The notes beneath the pieces were generated by a model, which was not told the origin of the DNA, made no database searches, and worked only from the letters and a program-made list of their open reading frames with translations. A stretch of 54,720 nucleotides of DNA from Cryptobacterium sp. CAG:338 (GTDB lineage: Bacteria > Actinomycetota > Coriobacteriia > Coriobacteriales > Eggerthellaceae): the NCBI GenBank assembly GCA_000435475.1, contig FR896039.1, positions 3,637-58,356 of the forward strand. The letters run 5' to 3'. Shown piece after piece: positions 19,178 to 29,284 of this stretch; position 1 is the stretch's first letter; each line of letters starts with the position of its first letter. The translations under genes were made by a program, and so were the position numbers.

Positions 19178-20305
19178 ATGTCAAATAAAAGCTTAGCCGC
19201 TCCTCATGAGTCTCAGACTATTTTAGTAACAGGCGGGGCAGGATTTATTGGTAGCCACACAAGCGTTGAGTTACTTGAACAGGGATATCGCATTGTTATC
19301 TTTGATGACCTCTCCAATTCAAGCAGCGTTGCAGTTGATCGTATTCGTGAGTTGACAGGCGCTACTGAAGAATCTTGTTCTTTCGTGCAGGCTTCCATTC
19401 TCGACCGCGAAGCACTCGAGAAGGTATTTAACGACCACGATATTGCGGCCATTATTCATTTTGCAGGATTTAAGGCTGTTGGTGAATCCACTCAAAAGCC
19501 CCTCGAATACTACTGGAACAATGTAGCGGGATCCCTGGTGTTGTTCGATGTTGCCCGTTCCCATGGAGTTAAAAATGTAATCTTTTCTTCCTCGGCAACG
19601 GTATACGGGGAGCCTGAGATGATTCCTATTACCGAAGAATGCCCCAAACATGAATCCACTAATCCTTACGGCGAAACCAAATCTATGCTCGAGCGCATTT
19701 TGACCGACTTCTATCGCGCTGATGATGAATGGAACGTAGTACTTCTTCGCTACTTCAACCCTATTGGTGCTCACGTTTCTGGGCGTATTGGTGAAGACCC
19801 AAAAGGCATTCCAAACAATCTGCTTCCCTATGTCGCACAAGTAGCAACTGGCAAGCTGGAGTGCATTCAGGTATTCGGCGATGACTACCCCACACCTGAT
19901 GGAACAGGAGTTCGCGACTATATTCATGTAGTAGATTTAGCGCGCGGCCATGTAAAGGCACTTGATTATATGGCTGGAAAGGTAGGCACAGGAAAAGCTA
20001 TCGGACTGGGATCTATCGAAGGAAAAGCTGCAGCAGACGGAACCCGTAGCGGAGTAGCCATCTTTAATCTTGGAACTGGTACAGGTTCAAGCGTTTTAGA
20101 TGTTATCCATGCGTTCGAAAAAGCATGTGGTAAAGAACTTCCTTACAAGATTTGTCCTCGTCGACCTGGCGATATCGCCACCAATTATGCTGCTTGCGAC
20201 AAAGCTCGCGACGAATTAGGCTGGGTTGCTGAATACGATTTAGCTCGCATGTGCGAAGATGCCTGGCGTTGGCAGAGCAATAATCCTAATGGGTATAACA
20301 GCTAA
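19178..20305 (+). CDS. galE: UDP-glucose 4-epimerase
   Basis: TGGAGFIGSH, FAGFKAVGES, SSSATVYG, YGETK, LRYFNP, RDYIHVVDLA. Confidence 0.96.
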   Translation: MSNKSLAAPHESQTILVTGGAGFIGSHTSVELLEQGYRIVIFDDLSNSSSVAVDRIRELTGATEESCSFVQASILDREALEKVFNDHDIAAIIHFAGFKAVGESTQKPLEYYWNNVAGSLVLFDVARSHGVKNVIFSSSATVYGEPEMIPITEECPKHESTNPYGETKSMLERILTDFYRADDEWNVVLLRYFNPIGAHVSGRIGEDPKGIPNNLLPYVAQVATGKLECIQVFGDDYPTPDGTGVRDYIHVVDLARGHVKALDYMAGKVGTGKAIGLGSIEGKAAADGTRSGVAIFNLGTGTGSSVLDVIHAFEKACGKELPYKICPRRPGDIATNYAACDKARDELGWVAEYDLARMCEDAWRWQSNNPNGYNS

Positions 20306-20354
20306 ACGGGTGAACAGAAGCTTGATTACGTAGAGCTTCATAGATTCTTATAAA

Positions 20355-20552
20355 AGACCTCTGCAAAACTTTTTTCAAGCTCAGCAAATCTTTATTCAGA
20401 TTTCTTTAAAGGCGACAGGACGTAGCGAACAAAACGCACGCACTTTCGCCTTTTCCTTTCATATCTTTCTTGCTAATCGGAGGCTACGTCTTAAATAACC
20501 TTTAAAGAAATCTGCGATTTGAATGAGCTTTCGAATAATTTTGCAGAGGTCT
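20355..20552. mobile_element. 198-bp palindromic MITE/REP-like element
   Basis: 14-bp perfect terminal inverted repeat AGACCTCTGCAAAA/TTTTGCAGAGGTCT plus nested 7, 6, 16 and 8 bp inner arms; lies between convergent genes. Confidence 0.6.
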
Positions 20553-20631
20553 AGTCTAACAACTTGCAACTTTCATAGTAGAACCTGCTTGCTACGCTAT
20601 GAAATTCGAATCAACTACGTAAATAACTTTC

Positions 20632-21288
20632 TTACGCAAAATTCAAGATGTCCTTAGGGCTATCAATAAGCTCAGCGGGATTGCCCTGCTTAATCTTTTC
20701 AACAGGTTGGTAACCCCACGTAACTCCTACGGTATACATTCCTGCATTATTACCCGCCAACATATCACCATGAGAATCGCCAAAATAAACGCATTCATCA
20801 GGAGTAAGACCCATTTCCTTTGCACATACCAAAAGACCGGTAGGATCAGGCTTTCGGGGAATATTTGCTGCCTCGCCATGCGATACATCAAACAAACCCG
20901 GGAAATAGCGCTGCTCAACTTCGCGCACCCCTGCTTCAAATTTATTTGACATAATACCCAACTTGATACCTTGTGCTTTGAGGGTACGGAGCGTCTCTTC
21001 CATACTATCGAATGGCTTGGTCAATTTAATACCGTACTCGTCATACAGGTCACAAAACATCTTGAAAGCATGTTGGGCTTTTTCTTCTGAAATCTCTTGG
21101 GGTACCGCCTGCAAAATGAGCGATAAAACACCGTTTCCTACGAAGGTACGAACTTCGTCTTCGGTTCGCGTTGGATACCCTTCACGCTCAAGCACAATGT
21201 TAGTGAGTGCAGCTAAATCAGGCAGCGTGTGTAGAAGCGTACCATCCATGTCAAAAATAAAGCCCTTAAATCCAGAACGAATCATCAC
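20632..21288 (-). CDS. HAD-superfamily phosphatase (Gph-like)
   Basis: IFDMDGTL, MSNK, RKPDP, GDSHGD, GVTWGY. Confidence 0.9.
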   Translation of the reverse strand: MMIRSGFKGFIFDMDGTLLHTLPDLAALTNIVLEREGYPTRTEDEVRTFVGNGVLSLILQAVPQEISEEKAQHAFKMFCDLYDEYGIKLTKPFDSMEETLRTLKAQGIKLGIMSNKFEAGVREVEQRYFPGLFDVSHGEAANIPRKPDPTGLLVCAKEMGLTPDECVYFGDSHGDMLAGNNAGMYTVGVTWGYQPVEKIKQGNPAELIDSPKDILNFA

Positions 21289-21372
21289 CCAAATACCCCT
21301 AAATCATCAAAAGGAATGCCATACAAACGTATGGCATTAAGCATAAATCTATTATGTGTTCACGAAAAGTTT

Positions 21373-22146
21373 TTAGGCGATCTGCTTTAAAAGCAACGGC
21401 AGCTCTCCCATGGAGCGAATAACCGCATCGGCTCCCGCTTCACGGAAGATTTCTTCAACACGCGCACATTCCTTTTCTTTTTGTTCATCGCTTAAGGCTT
21501 CATACTCTTCCTGCGTCAATGCCATTTCCGAGCTGCCTTCAATAACACCTATCGTAAATGCGCCCGCATTTTTACCTTCCTTGATATCCGAAACAGTATC
21601 GCCCACTTTGGCAATCTCGCTAACAGACGAAATACCAAGTGCCTCCATGTTGCGAAATACCATATAGGGATACGGACGACCTTTGCCCTCAGTTGCATCA
21701 GGAGTGATCATGAAATCAGGCTCATAACCCTGTTCCTTAGCGGCAGGTGCAACAATTGCCATCATTTTGTCGTTATAGCCCGTAGTTGAACCAATTTTGA
21801 TTCCAGCCTCTCGCAAAGCAGCAATAGTACTAAGTACTTCAGGTTTTGGTTCAGCGAAGTTATGCAAAATGGACAGCAAGCGTTCTTCATAGGGTTCGTA
21901 AAGCTTATGAACATCATCTTCGGTAGGCTTTACTCCATGGACACGTTCCCACTCTGCTTCGATTCGCTCCATGTGAAGCATGGTGCGAATATGGTCAATT
22001 TTCAGCATACCCATTGGTTTACGTGTCTCTTCCATCGTGGGTTCTACTCCTGCAGCTTTAAAAGTTTCCATAAATGCCTGCACAGGAGCAAAGCAACCAT
22101 AATCTACCGTGGTGCCCGCCCAGTCAAAAATTACCGCTTTAATCAT
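21373..22146 (-). CDS. phnX: Phosphonoacetaldehyde hydrolase
   Basis: DWAGTTVDYG, RKPMGMLKIDHI (Schiff-base Lys), GSTTGY, GRPYPYM, KVGDTVSDI. Confidence 0.95.
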   Translation of the reverse strand: MIKAVIFDWAGTTVDYGCFAPVQAFMETFKAAGVEPTMEETRKPMGMLKIDHIRTMLHMERIEAEWERVHGVKPTEDDVHKLYEPYEERLLSILHNFAEPKPEVLSTIAALREAGIKIGSTTGYNDKMMAIVAPAAKEQGYEPDFMITPDATEGKGRPYPYMVFRNMEALGISSVSEIAKVGDTVSDIKEGKNAGAFTIGVIEGSSEMALTQEEYEALSDEQKEKECARVEEIFREAGADAVIRSMGELPLLLKQIA

Positions 22147-22482
22147 GCGAGGTTTCCTTCCTTGATAAACGCATAGGCGCTCTTAATCTTGATTTAAGCT
22201 CTACGTACGAATTGACGTTACTTCTGTTTCCGACAAAGCAGTTACTACTAGAAAAGCAGGTATCTACTTCCTAAGTTTTCAAACGGAACGATTGTATCGA
22301 GCGGTATCTTTTTCTTGAGTTAGCGAAATGTTAGCTTTCGACTGAAGATGTGAGTAATTCGTAACACAGGATAATTTCTTTATGCAGATTCACCCTACAA
22401 ATTGGAATATCCACTTTTTAGCGTCAGATCTACGGAATTCCACCTCATCGGTTCGATTCCGTCGCTTAAGTTTCAACCCGAC

Positions 22483-22518
22483 AAAAGAAAAACGGCAATG
22501 GCGATTAACCATTGCCGT
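22483..22518 (-). terminator. Intrinsic terminator after tRNA-Gly
   Basis: ACGGCAATGG-7 nt-CCATTGCCGT 10-bp stem followed by TTTTCTTTT on the minus strand. Confidence 0.8.
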
Positions 22519-22529
22519 ACGTTTTTTTT

Positions 22530-22604
22530 TGGAGCGGGCGACGGGAATCGAACCCGCGTCACAAGCTTGGGAAGCTTGGGTAATAACCATTATACGACGC
22601 CCGC
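22530..22604 (-). tRNA. tRNA-Gly(CCC)
   Basis: GCGGGCG acceptor stem, anticodon arm CAAGC-TTCCCAA-GCTTG, T-arm GGTTCGATTCC, encoded CCA. Confidence 0.97.
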
Positions 22605-22824
22605 ATTTCAGCGAAAAAAGTATACCGCATGTGACCCTGGGTTTGATAAAAATCCTCCCTGTTTTCAATAATCCTTTCGAGAAGGCTTTCTCTTTGATGT
22701 TTTCATTGCACCATTTAGAGAGCAGAGTATCTTAGGATGCATCTTAAACTTTCATTTATCGTTAATTTGTTCAGTACTAATTCAACGTTTCTTGCGCTAA
22801 TTTACTATTCCGTCTCTTAGCACC

Positions 22825-23880
22825 TCAATCTTCTTCCCAAGGCGTTATTACAATTTTCAGACAATCACCTTCACGTTTTTCGAAGGCTTCATATGCCTCC
22901 AGGATATTGTTAAGACTAAACCGTTTCGAAATAAGACATGAAGTATCGAGTTTCCCTTGCTCAATTAAGGCCATCACCTCATCAAGACCACTCGCATCAA
23001 CACCACCCGTTTTAAAGGTTAAATTTTTCCCATACATAAACGGCAGAGGCAAAACTTGAGGTGCTTCATACATAGCTGAAACGACGACGGTAGCATTTGG
23101 GCGTGCGATTCGCCATGCCATCTCAAAAGTATTCTTCCCTCCCGCAGCTTCGATAACCACATCAGCACCACGACCATGAGTAAGAAGGCGAACTACCGCT
23201 TCTATAGTTTCGAGCGACTCATGTGACGGATTGATAGTTTTGTCCGCCAATCCCTGCTCCGAAGCAATACGAAGACGTCTATCGTCGATATCAAGAGCAA
23301 TAATTTTTTCGGGATTTTTGAGCCGAGCGCACATCATAGTTGTAAGACCTACAGGGCCTGCTCCAATCACCGCAACAGTAGATCCTTCATCAATCTCAGC
23401 AATTCGAGCACCCCACCAACCTGTTGCTAATATATCTCCCAGGAACAAAGCATCTTCATCTTTTAGCGAACGAGGAATGACGGTGCACGCATTATCCGCA
23501 AAAGGAACACGCACATATTCCGCCTGGCAACCATCTATTCGGCACCCTAATTCCCAGCCTCCTTGCTCGCAATTATTTACCCATCCATGTTTGCAGTAAT
23601 AACATTCCCCACAAAAGGTTTCGCAGTTTACCGCTACGCGATCGCCTGGTTTGAGTTTTGAAATTGACGAGCCCACCGATTCAACAAGTCCCACAAACTC
23701 ATGCCCAAGCACCACATCAGGAAGCGCACGCGGTACCGCCCCTTTTAAAATATGCAAATCACTGGTACAGATAGTAGATCGAGTAACCTTGATAATCGCA
23801 TCAGTCGAAAGCATTAATTCTGGCTTTGGTCTGTCTACTAACGAAAGGGAACCTGCCCCATCATGAATTAATGCTTTCAT
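22825..23880 (-). CDS. Zinc-dependent alcohol dehydrogenase (MDR family)
   Basis: ICTSDLH, GHE, CGECYYC...C structural Zn site, GAGPVG; SD before ATG 23880. Confidence 0.93.
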   Translation of the reverse strand: MKALIHDGAGSLSLVDRPKPELMLSTDAIIKVTRSTICTSDLHILKGAVPRALPDVVLGHEFVGLVESVGSSISKLKPGDRVAVNCETFCGECYYCKHGWVNNCEQGGWELGCRIDGCQAEYVRVPFADNACTVIPRSLKDEDALFLGDILATGWWGARIAEIDEGSTVAVIGAGPVGLTTMMCARLKNPEKIIALDIDDRRLRIASEQGLADKTINPSHESLETIEAVVRLLTHGRGADVVIEAAGGKNTFEMAWRIARPNATVVVSAMYEAPQVLPLPFMYGKNLTFKTGGVDASGLDEVMALIEQGKLDTSCLISKRFSLNNILEAYEAFEKREGDCLKIVITPWEED

Positions 23881-24124
23881 ACCTACCTCTTTCCCGTTGT
23901 TTAATCTTTTCAACTTTTAAGTGTTCCTGTATTTGGTTCCATGTATACCTTGATCTTAGTACGTTAATAGTACCTTCTCTTTTTCTTCAAGTTTCGAATC
24001 GCTCTACACCTTTTTAACTAAAGAGCTAATCTCTCAAAGAGTCGTTTGCTCTTAACCAAACGTGGTACCATACTTGCTTCAATACATCACATTCTTGTAA
24101 GACTGCATACGAGGGGGTTTCTTC

Positions 24125-25081
24125 ATGAATAACACTATCTACAACAGAAAAGTTGCAGTAATTGGATGCGGCTTTGTGGGGTCTACTTGCGCTTTTAGTC
24201 TTATGCAATCCAGTTTGTTTTCAGAAATGGTTCTTATTGACGTAAACACCGAACGAGCCGAAGGGGAAGCGCTTGATATCGCTCATGGAGTCCCCTACTA
24301 CAGTCCTATGAATATTTACGCGGGTACTTATAAGGATTTAGCTGATGCATCTATTGTGGTAATCGCTGCAGGTGCGAATCAAAAACCCGGCGAAACTCGC
24401 CTCGACTTACTTCAAACTAATGTCACTATCCTAAAAGAGGTAGTTTCCTCAATCATGGAGCAGAATTTTAACGGCATTATTGTCGTTGTTTCAAACCCTG
24501 TTGATATTCTTACTCAAGTTGTCATGAAGCTCTCAGGTCTCCCAAAAGAGCGGGTAATGGGATCCGGAACTGTTTTGGATAGCGCACGCTTGAAGTACAT
24601 TTTGGGACATACCCTTGACGTAGATCCCCGCCATGTTCATGCCCGCATTATCGGAGAACATGGAGATAGCGAATTAGCTGTGTGGAGTTTGGCAAATATC
24701 TCTGGTATACATATTGATGATTTCTTCCGTCTTCGTGGTTTCGACAATCCTCAGGCGATGAGAAAAGAGATCGAAAACGAAGTTCGTAATAGTGCATATG
24801 AAATCATTAAAAAGAAGCGTGCTACGTATTTCGGTATTGCTCCCTCTGTCACCCGCATCTGCGAAGCGATAATTCGAGATGAGAAGTCAATTATGACCGT
24901 ATCGAACTTTTGGACCGAACTTCAGGGAATACATGATGTGGTTATGAGTATGCCAGCGATCATCGGCAGCTCTGGTGTTGAATATCAAATCCCCTTAAAT
25001 CTCAATGATGAAGAGGCTCTTCATTTAAGAGAATCGGCTCAGACCTTAAGAAATATGATAGATCAAATTTCTTTCGAGTAA
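24125..25081 (+). CDS. ldh: L-lactate dehydrogenase
   Basis: GCGFVG, GANQKPGETRLDL (Gln specificity loop), SNPVD, GTVLDSAR, GEHGDS. Confidence 0.95.
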   Translation: MNNTIYNRKVAVIGCGFVGSTCAFSLMQSSLFSEMVLIDVNTERAEGEALDIAHGVPYYSPMNIYAGTYKDLADASIVVIAAGANQKPGETRLDLLQTNVTILKEVVSSIMEQNFNGIIVVVSNPVDILTQVVMKLSGLPKERVMGSGTVLDSARLKYILGHTLDVDPRHVHARIIGEHGDSELAVWSLANISGIHIDDFFRLRGFDNPQAMRKEIENEVRNSAYEIIKKKRATYFGIAPSVTRICEAIIRDEKSIMTVSNFWTELQGIHDVVMSMPAIIGSSGVEYQIPLNLNDEEALHLRESAQTLRNMIDQISFE

Positions 25082-25288
25082 CTACCCCTACAAAACGAGC
25101 ACCTCAACAAAAAGGTCTGTGAAACACAAAAGATACGGCGGGCCAGAATTCTATTCTCTTACCTGGTATTAGGTGTCGGAATTGGCAACACTTCTTGACC
25201 GCCAAACCGAAATAAATTCCACTTTCTGGCAGCTAACACTTTTTTAGCGCTAACCTGGAATTATCTGCACTTTTTGGTTATTAACTTT

Positions 25289-25322
25289 AAATAGGCTAGA
25301 AGCAAAAGCTTCTAGCCTATTT
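25289..25322. terminator. Bidirectional terminator between ldh and the M28-like gene
   Basis: 15-bp perfect stem AAATAGGCTAGAAGC-AAAA-GCTTCTAGCCTATTT. Confidence 0.8.
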
Positions 25323-25387
25323 TCGTAATTCGAATTCCTATGTCATGTCTCTTCAGTGAATAAGAGAACTCGGTGCAAAATTTTGCA

Positions 25388-28300
25388 CTATATAGATTTC
25401 AAAATTGCCATGACAAATTTCGAAGCATCTTTCATTGCTTCTGGGTCGATATTCTCAACAATATCGTTTTCCGCTGAATAAAGCGCAGTATTACCATCGC
25501 CCATACCTGCTACCGTAAACGCCTGAATTCCTCGCGCCATCGCAACAGTCGCAGGAGTATCACGTCGTCCCAAAGGAGAAGTTCGATACGTTACCCCTGA
25601 GCGTTCACTTGCTTGACGAACAAAACGCTTAATACGCGAAGAAGGACGATAGGTTTTAAATGTCGAGCTTTCCTGCTCGATAATTGACAAGGTTCCAGCG
25701 CCAAGAGCCTCCAAATTTATGATCACGGCGCCTTTCATTTCATCTGCATGCTCATCCAAAAATGCAGTGATGCCCGAATGTGAATACTGCTCAGAACCAA
25801 GAGCAACGAACCAAACTTCTGTATCGATGTCAGGATGACGGAAGTTTTGCAGTTTGCGTAATTCGCGATTTATTTGCTCAGCAGTATCTCTGTCTCCATC
25901 CATGCGAACCGCAGGATTAACCTCAACCAAGTTGTCTTCACCCTCGGAGTATCCTTGATCCTCATACACATCCATAGATTCTTGAGAGTCGGATAAATCC
26001 ATTTCGGAACCGCGGCTCTTCTTTAAGCGGCTAAGCGAGAAAGCACCACCATTCCATCCTCGACGATTATCAAAATCTGTATCGTGATAATCAATATCAA
26101 CAAAACCATCGTTGTTTACTCGAGGAACCTGCGTAGTAGCTTGAGCATTGTCGGTTTCCTCCTGACGGAAACTTGACCAATCGCCTCGTGCCTTTCCTAC
26201 ACTGCGTGCATCATAGGAATCGTCTACGTCTACCCAGTCATTAACTGAAACTTCGTCTTGCTTATTCTTCTTTTTCTTTCGGAATTTACCAAACAGACGC
26301 CCCGCACGTGACTTAGGCATATCTACATAACCACGCCCTGCATAAGCACCCGTTTCGGTGTAGTCTTCGTCATAGGCAGAATCATCAGCATCGTCGATAT
26401 AGCGTTCTTCCGGATCAATATCCGCAACCAATTCATCTCCCACAGGAGCAAATGAGCCCGTAGCACCAACGGTGGAAAAAGAGCCTGTTGCTGAAACTGC
26501 AGAATTCTTGTTTGTTTCCTCACCCAGTGAAGGCAGATTCAAGCCAAAGGAATCCTTTTTATCTCCCTCGGTAGCAGTTGATTCAGCTCCATCAATTCGC
26601 GGCAACATATTTGAGAGAAGTGCCTTTGAACCTGCTTTGGTGCTTTCATTTGTTTCCGCCATAGGTGCGCGTTGCTTAGAACCTTCTGCTGCATTAGCGT
26701 GAGGCGCCATTACATCGGGCAAAACAATAACTTGCCGTTTTGGAGCATCTTTTTCTTCCTGCTGAGCATCCAAAGGTATTTGAGGAATCATAGATTCCAT
26801 ACCAACAATCGGAGAAGCAACTGGCGCCTCTTTATTTTCAGGAGCTGGTTCTATAACTGGCTCATGAGAGCTTGCTTCCTGAATTGCCTCTTGGATTCTC
26901 TCCGAAGATACCTTTTGTGTTTCTGCAGCATCTACACGCTGGTCAATAAAGTCTTGAGGCTCATATCCTGATACTCCATAGAAGGAAGATTCATCAAAAG
27001 CTTCCTCTTCAGAATATGCTTCTTCTTTCTCTTTTTCTTTATCCATGAACCGCGATACATCAATAGGAGATATAGCAGCTGTTTTGTTAGGTGCAGGAAC
27101 CTCAGGGACAGGAACCTCTTCTTGTACCGATGGTGTCTGTTTAAGAGGTTGTTCCTTTTCTAGCTGTTCGGTAGCACCTCCAGAAACAACGTCTCTCTGA
27201 CGAACGGGGCTCTCTAAATTGTCATCGAAAGAACCATCATATTCTGTAGAGGATACAGACTCCTCTTGTTTATGGTTAGCGATAGATTTCAAACGTGAAG
27301 TAAAAGAACGAGAAAGACCAGCTGCTTTACGCAAAGGCTGAGAACCGCCACGTCCTAATCCTGTGCGGCTCGAAGAAGGAATACTATTCTCTTCAGACTC
27401 GCCACCACTCTTCGTGTTTTCATCAGAGATATCGGAAGGAATAATTTCCTCGGAAGAAACAGTGATTCTTGATTCTTCTTTTTCTTCAACAGGAAGAACC
27501 ACGTTGTTTTTAGCTACTTCCTGTTTAGGAACATTCTCTTCAAAAGAGTCTTCTTGTTGTTCTGCTGGCAAATCTTTTACAGGCTGCGCAGAAACGACTG
27601 TTTCTTGCTGCTGCGCTGCTTGAATAGGGGTCTGTTCCTCCGCAGTAACTTCCATACTATTAAGCGCTGCCTGCGTTGAAGCAGAAATATGAGGCGCTTC
27701 AGTTAACTCAATTTCAGAACGAAGAGCTGCTAAACGAGAAGCTAACTCTGGGTTATCGCTCAAAGGTTGCTGTTCTTGAGCCTGCGCTTCTTTATATACT
27801 CTTTCAGCTTCCGCTTGACGCTGTCGTTCGTTTTGATTCTCCATCAAGTGTGCAGCGACAGTGTCAGCATAGCGAGAACGGGCAACTCTATGAGGCTGAC
27901 TTTCTTCAGGCTTGTTTTTCCTTGCTTTCGCCTGTGCAGCTTTCGCCCAAGCAGGCGTCTTATCCACCGACCCACTAAATGCTGTACTTGCTACTGCTGC
28001 ACCGTTATTAAGAGTCGATAAAGGCGCGGGACGCTCGAATGAAGAAGCAGGTATTTCTTCTGAACTTTCAGAAAGATTCTGTTCTCTTATTTCCATTCGC
28101 TGAGCATCTGCAGCTTGATTTTCTTCAAGTTCTCTATGTTCCACACGATCGCGAGGAGAAAGTTGCTCATCCGCTCTTGTGTCTGAATCGAAATTTTCCT
28201 CTTCCATGGAAACCATAGTGCGAAAACGACCTGGTTTTTCGGTTCTTACTTGAGGAGTTTCACTTACTTCAAAATGAACACTTGAAATAGCTTCTTCATC

Positions 28301-29284
28301 AACAGGTTCTAATCCTCCACCTTTGACCAAGCGCGAGGAAATATCAGTAACGGGAACCTTATCAGCAACAGGCTTTCCCGTTAATGCAGCAATGGCAGCC
28401 TTTGCAGCTGCAAGCGACTCCTGAGGATTCACCTGAGAATCATATTCAAGGGAAGCCCCTTCAGGCACGAGTCCCGCTTCACGAGCTGCCGATTCACCAT
28501 GAACATACGTACCTTCTTGCTTCGCACGCTCCATGGCTTCTTCGTTGCTTACCAATCCATTTCCTACCTGTCGCGCAACATCCAACAACACTGATACGCC
28601 TGCAGCATTATTATTAGCTGACTGACTATAAGGTGCAGCAAGATGAAGCGCTGCGCGAATTAAAGGGATAACAAAGAGTATTGCGCACACTACAAGCAGC
28701 ATGGTAATAATTGAAGACAAAGCCCCTGTATCGGTAGCAAACAGGGTCATGCGTAAAAATAAAAGCAATGTTGCAAGTGCTAAAGCAATTGCTGAAGCTT
28801 TTTGAATATAAGGTAAGATGCCCGCAAACGGTAATTCTTCTTCTTTAAGCACTTTTCCGGTGTCGTAATTCGCCACCAAAATAACTTTACGACGACGAGC
28901 TACTCCCCCTAGTGGAGTTGGCTGATATTTTGCCACTACATTTTGGCTAGCACCCGTACGTAAGAAACGAGACAAAACAGGCTTTTGAAATAATTCGCAG
29001 GCGAACAATGCCGTTGCTAACGCTACCGCAATAAAACACGGAATAACAGCAATAGGCAGAACAATGGATACGATAACAGCAACGAGCGCTACACCAAAAC
29101 AAACTAAACTAGGTATCAGATAGTTGGTAACACACTGAAAATCTTCGATCACTGCAGGAAATCCTGATTCCTTTTGGATTTCTTCCGCTAAATACAGTGC
29201 CGCTTGTTGTTCTTCTTCCGTTCCTGCTGGATGAGGACCGATCTCTTGAGATAGATGAACAATATCATCCATTATTTCAGCCAT
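25388..29284 (-). CDS. Membrane M28-family peptidase-like protein with about 900-aa acidic insertion; likely inactive
   Basis: M28 motifs split between N-part (IGPHPAGTEEE, SQNVVA, ANYDT, SANNNAAG) and C-part (EVWFVALGSEQ, IINLEALG, D-x-x-ENID); 4 TM helices. Confidence 0.8.
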   Translation of the reverse strand: MAEIMDDIVHLSQEIGPHPAGTEEEQQAALYLAEEIQKESGFPAVIEDFQCVTNYLIPSLVCFGVALVAVIVSIVLPIAVIPCFIAVALATALFACELFQKPVLSRFLRTGASQNVVAKYQPTPLGGVARRRKVILVANYDTGKVLKEEELPFAGILPYIQKASAIALALATLLLFLRMTLFATDTGALSSIITMLLVVCAILFVIPLIRAALHLAAPYSQSANNNAAGVSVLLDVARQVGNGLVSNEEAMERAKQEGTYVHGESAAREAGLVPEGASLEYDSQVNPQESLAAAKAAIAALTGKPVADKVPVTDISSRLVKGGGLEPVDEEAISSVHFEVSETPQVRTEKPGRFRTMVSMEEENFDSDTRADEQLSPRDRVEHRELEENQAADAQRMEIREQNLSESSEEIPASSFERPAPLSTLNNGAAVASTAFSGSVDKTPAWAKAAQAKARKNKPEESQPHRVARSRYADTVAAHLMENQNERQRQAEAERVYKEAQAQEQQPLSDNPELASRLAALRSEIELTEAPHISASTQAALNSMEVTAEEQTPIQAAQQQETVVSAQPVKDLPAEQQEDSFEENVPKQEVAKNNVVLPVEEKEESRITVSSEEIIPSDISDENTKSGGESEENSIPSSSRTGLGRGGSQPLRKAAGLSRSFTSRLKSIANHKQEESVSSTEYDGSFDDNLESPVRQRDVVSGGATEQLEKEQPLKQTPSVQEEVPVPEVPAPNKTAAISPIDVSRFMDKEKEKEEAYSEEEAFDESSFYGVSGYEPQDFIDQRVDAAETQKVSSERIQEAIQEASSHEPVIEPAPENKEAPVASPIVGMESMIPQIPLDAQQEEKDAPKRQVIVLPDVMAPHANAAEGSKQRAPMAETNESTKAGSKALLSNMLPRIDGAESTATEGDKKDSFGLNLPSLGEETNKNSAVSATGSFSTVGATGSFAPVGDELVADIDPEERYIDDADDSAYDEDYTETGAYAGRGYVDMPKSRAGRLFGKFRKKKKNKQDEVSVNDWVDVDDSYDARSVGKARGDWSSFRQEETDNAQATTQVPRVNNDGFVDIDYHDTDFDNRRGWNGGAFSLSRLKKSRGSEMDLSDSQESMDVYEDQGYSEGEDNLVEVNPAVRMDGDRDTAEQINRELRKLQNFRHPDIDTEVWFVALGSEQYSHSGITAFLDEHADEMKGAVIINLEALGAGTLSIIEQESSTFKTYRPSSRIKRFVRQASERSGVTYRTSPLGRRDTPATVAMARGIQAFTVAGMGDGNTALYSAENDIVENIDPEAMKDASKFVMAILKSI

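Noticed and set aside
20327..22207. 12-bp inverted repeat TACGTAGAGCTT flanking HAD-phnX as a mobile cassette
   Set aside because: 12-mer matches are expected by chance in 55 kb; no transposase or target duplication
22530..22604. Integrated prophage or ICE at tRNA-Gly
   Set aside because: No integrase and no direct repeat of the tRNA 3' end found in the window
22390..22735. Three overlapping ORFs across the tRNA
   Set aside because: Shadow ORFs over tRNA-Gly and its terminator with no recognisable protein features
25142..25230. Possible structured RNA after ldh (GCCAGAA...TTCTGGC with GGAATT/AATTCC)
   Set aside because: Stems are short and match no riboswitch or ncRNA consensus I can recognise; an Rfam scan would be needed
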